Assembly: GCA_963665125.2 (NCBI GenBank)
Contig: CAXXUK010000001.1
Coordinates: 3,656,811 to 3,720,810 of the forward strand
Length of the DNA: 64,000 bases
Origin: an uncultured Desulfarculus sp.
GTDB lineage: Bacteria > Desulfobacterota > Desulfarculia > Desulfarculales > Desulfarculaceae
Reading direction: 5' to 3'
Shown: positions 63,112-64,000 of the stretch, in pieces
Numbering within the stretch: position 1 is the first letter of the stretch
How the letters are laid out: each line of letters begins with the position of its first letter
Notes under the pieces: generated by a model
The model's database searches: none
Told to the model about the DNA's origin: nothing
The model's input: the letters and a program-made list of their open reading frames with translations, nothing else
Translations under genes and position numbers: made by a program

Positions 63112-64000
63112 TGAATGATTCACCAGAAAAGAAAAGACTGGAAAAGACAAGACCGAAAAAGAAAAAACCGGCAGAGAAAAAACGGGAAGAGACAAGACTA
63201 TCTGTCAGTTTTCATGAGACATTCGCTCCTGAGAGGGAATATATCAAACGAATTCTCGAATATGCCGCATCAGGAAACTCCGACACTCTTGAGGGTATTG
63301 CACAAAAGACGGGGATTCCAATGGGTAAGAGCTCGGGAAAAATGAATCCCCATCTAAAATATGCAGGGAGTATGGGATTAATCACAATGGAAAGGAAAGC
63401 AAAAGTGATTAAGCCTTCCCTCACTCCTCTGGGTGTTATAGTTTACAAGGAGGATAAATCCATCGGTGAACCTGTTACTCAGTGGATTTTACATCTGAAC
63501 CTTTGCAGGAAATGGTATGGTGCTGAAATATGGTATAGAATTTTCGCCGGAGCTTCCAAAGTTATAGAAAAAAGCTTCAGCAGAGAAGATTTGGAAAATT
63601 ATCTCTATAACTTTCGTTTAAAACGAAAAGAAGCATTATTAGGCCCCCAATCAGCATGTATTCCAATGACGCATATTTCGGTTTGGCAAAATGCATTAAA
63701 GAAGAGAACCAAAAAATCAGCATATCTGAAGCGCCAATAAAACGAAAAAGAAGCATTATTGGGCCCACAATCAGCATGTATTCCAATGACGCATATTTCG
63801 GTTTGGCAAAATGCATTAAAGAAGAGAACCAAAAAATCAGCATATCTGAAGCGCCAATAAGGCGGGAATATTACAGGGGGTATTGCGCCAACATCCTGGC
63901 TCAGTGGGAGCAGATATTTCCCGGCAGAAATCAGTTGACACTTTCGGAATTGGAGGAAGAAACAGAGTTCTTTGCTTCAACAGGCTGGAATACAGGCAAT
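63111..64000 (+). pseudogene. second DUF4007-like winged-helix protein, frame disturbed at a 120-bp duplication; continues beyond the window
   Basis: SFHETFAP, TGIPMGKSSGK, TQWILHL; an alternative frame after 63740 stays open to the end. Confidence 0.55.
63620..63860 (+). repeat. ~120-bp direct tandem duplication
   Basis: 63621-63740 and 63741-63860 are near-identical (differences only in the first ~30 nt). Confidence 0.95.

Larger units (their letters stand above)
32661..64000. mobile_element. defence-island-like region starting at the mnmE 3' end (runs past the window end)
   Basis: abrupt switch to defence-type genes, mosaic base composition and pseudogenes; no integrase visible in the window. 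Confidence 0.6.

Noticed and set aside
1..64000. CRISPR array, tRNA, rRNA, integrase or transposase
   Set aside because: No regularly spaced repeats, cloverleaf or rRNA-like sequence, or recombinase/transposase motifs seen by eye.

Overview
Bacterial chromosomal window with two parts. (1) 1-32660 is ordinary core and accessory DNA: an HD hydrolase, GH13 amylase, ankyrin and HEAT proteins, two histidine kinases, cysS, lipoproteins, flavin reductase, a Ser/Thr kinase, a caspase-family lipoprotein, yjbQ and mnmE. The intergenic spaces carry GTAG-type REP hairpins. This part also holds a candidate secreted selenoprotein missed by the ORF track (1722-2369; in-frame TGA in a UxxC motif plus a SECIS-like hairpin) and a ~53-nt promoter-to-terminator RNA. 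(2) From the 3' end of mnmE to the window end lies a defence-island-like region. It opens with a three-gene cassette: a frameshifted, Zn-finger-rich sigma-like protein, a HEAT/beta-domain protein, and a 1590-aa fusion of a Lon-type Ser-Lys protease with a NACHT NTPase. A motif AACTC-N3-TCCCTATA occurs three times, upstream of this cassette and of the next two genes. I infer an NLR-triggered protease/anti-sigma/sigma cascade with its own regulon. Next come a methyltransferase-like gene, a DUF1848 gene with an inserted domain, and an Ssp-type phosphorothioate locus. Its sspC and sspD are broken and separated by an AT-rich nuclease-helicase/NTP-PPase cassette, while the sspFGH-like restriction genes are intact. 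All family calls come from reading motifs by eye; no database searches were run.
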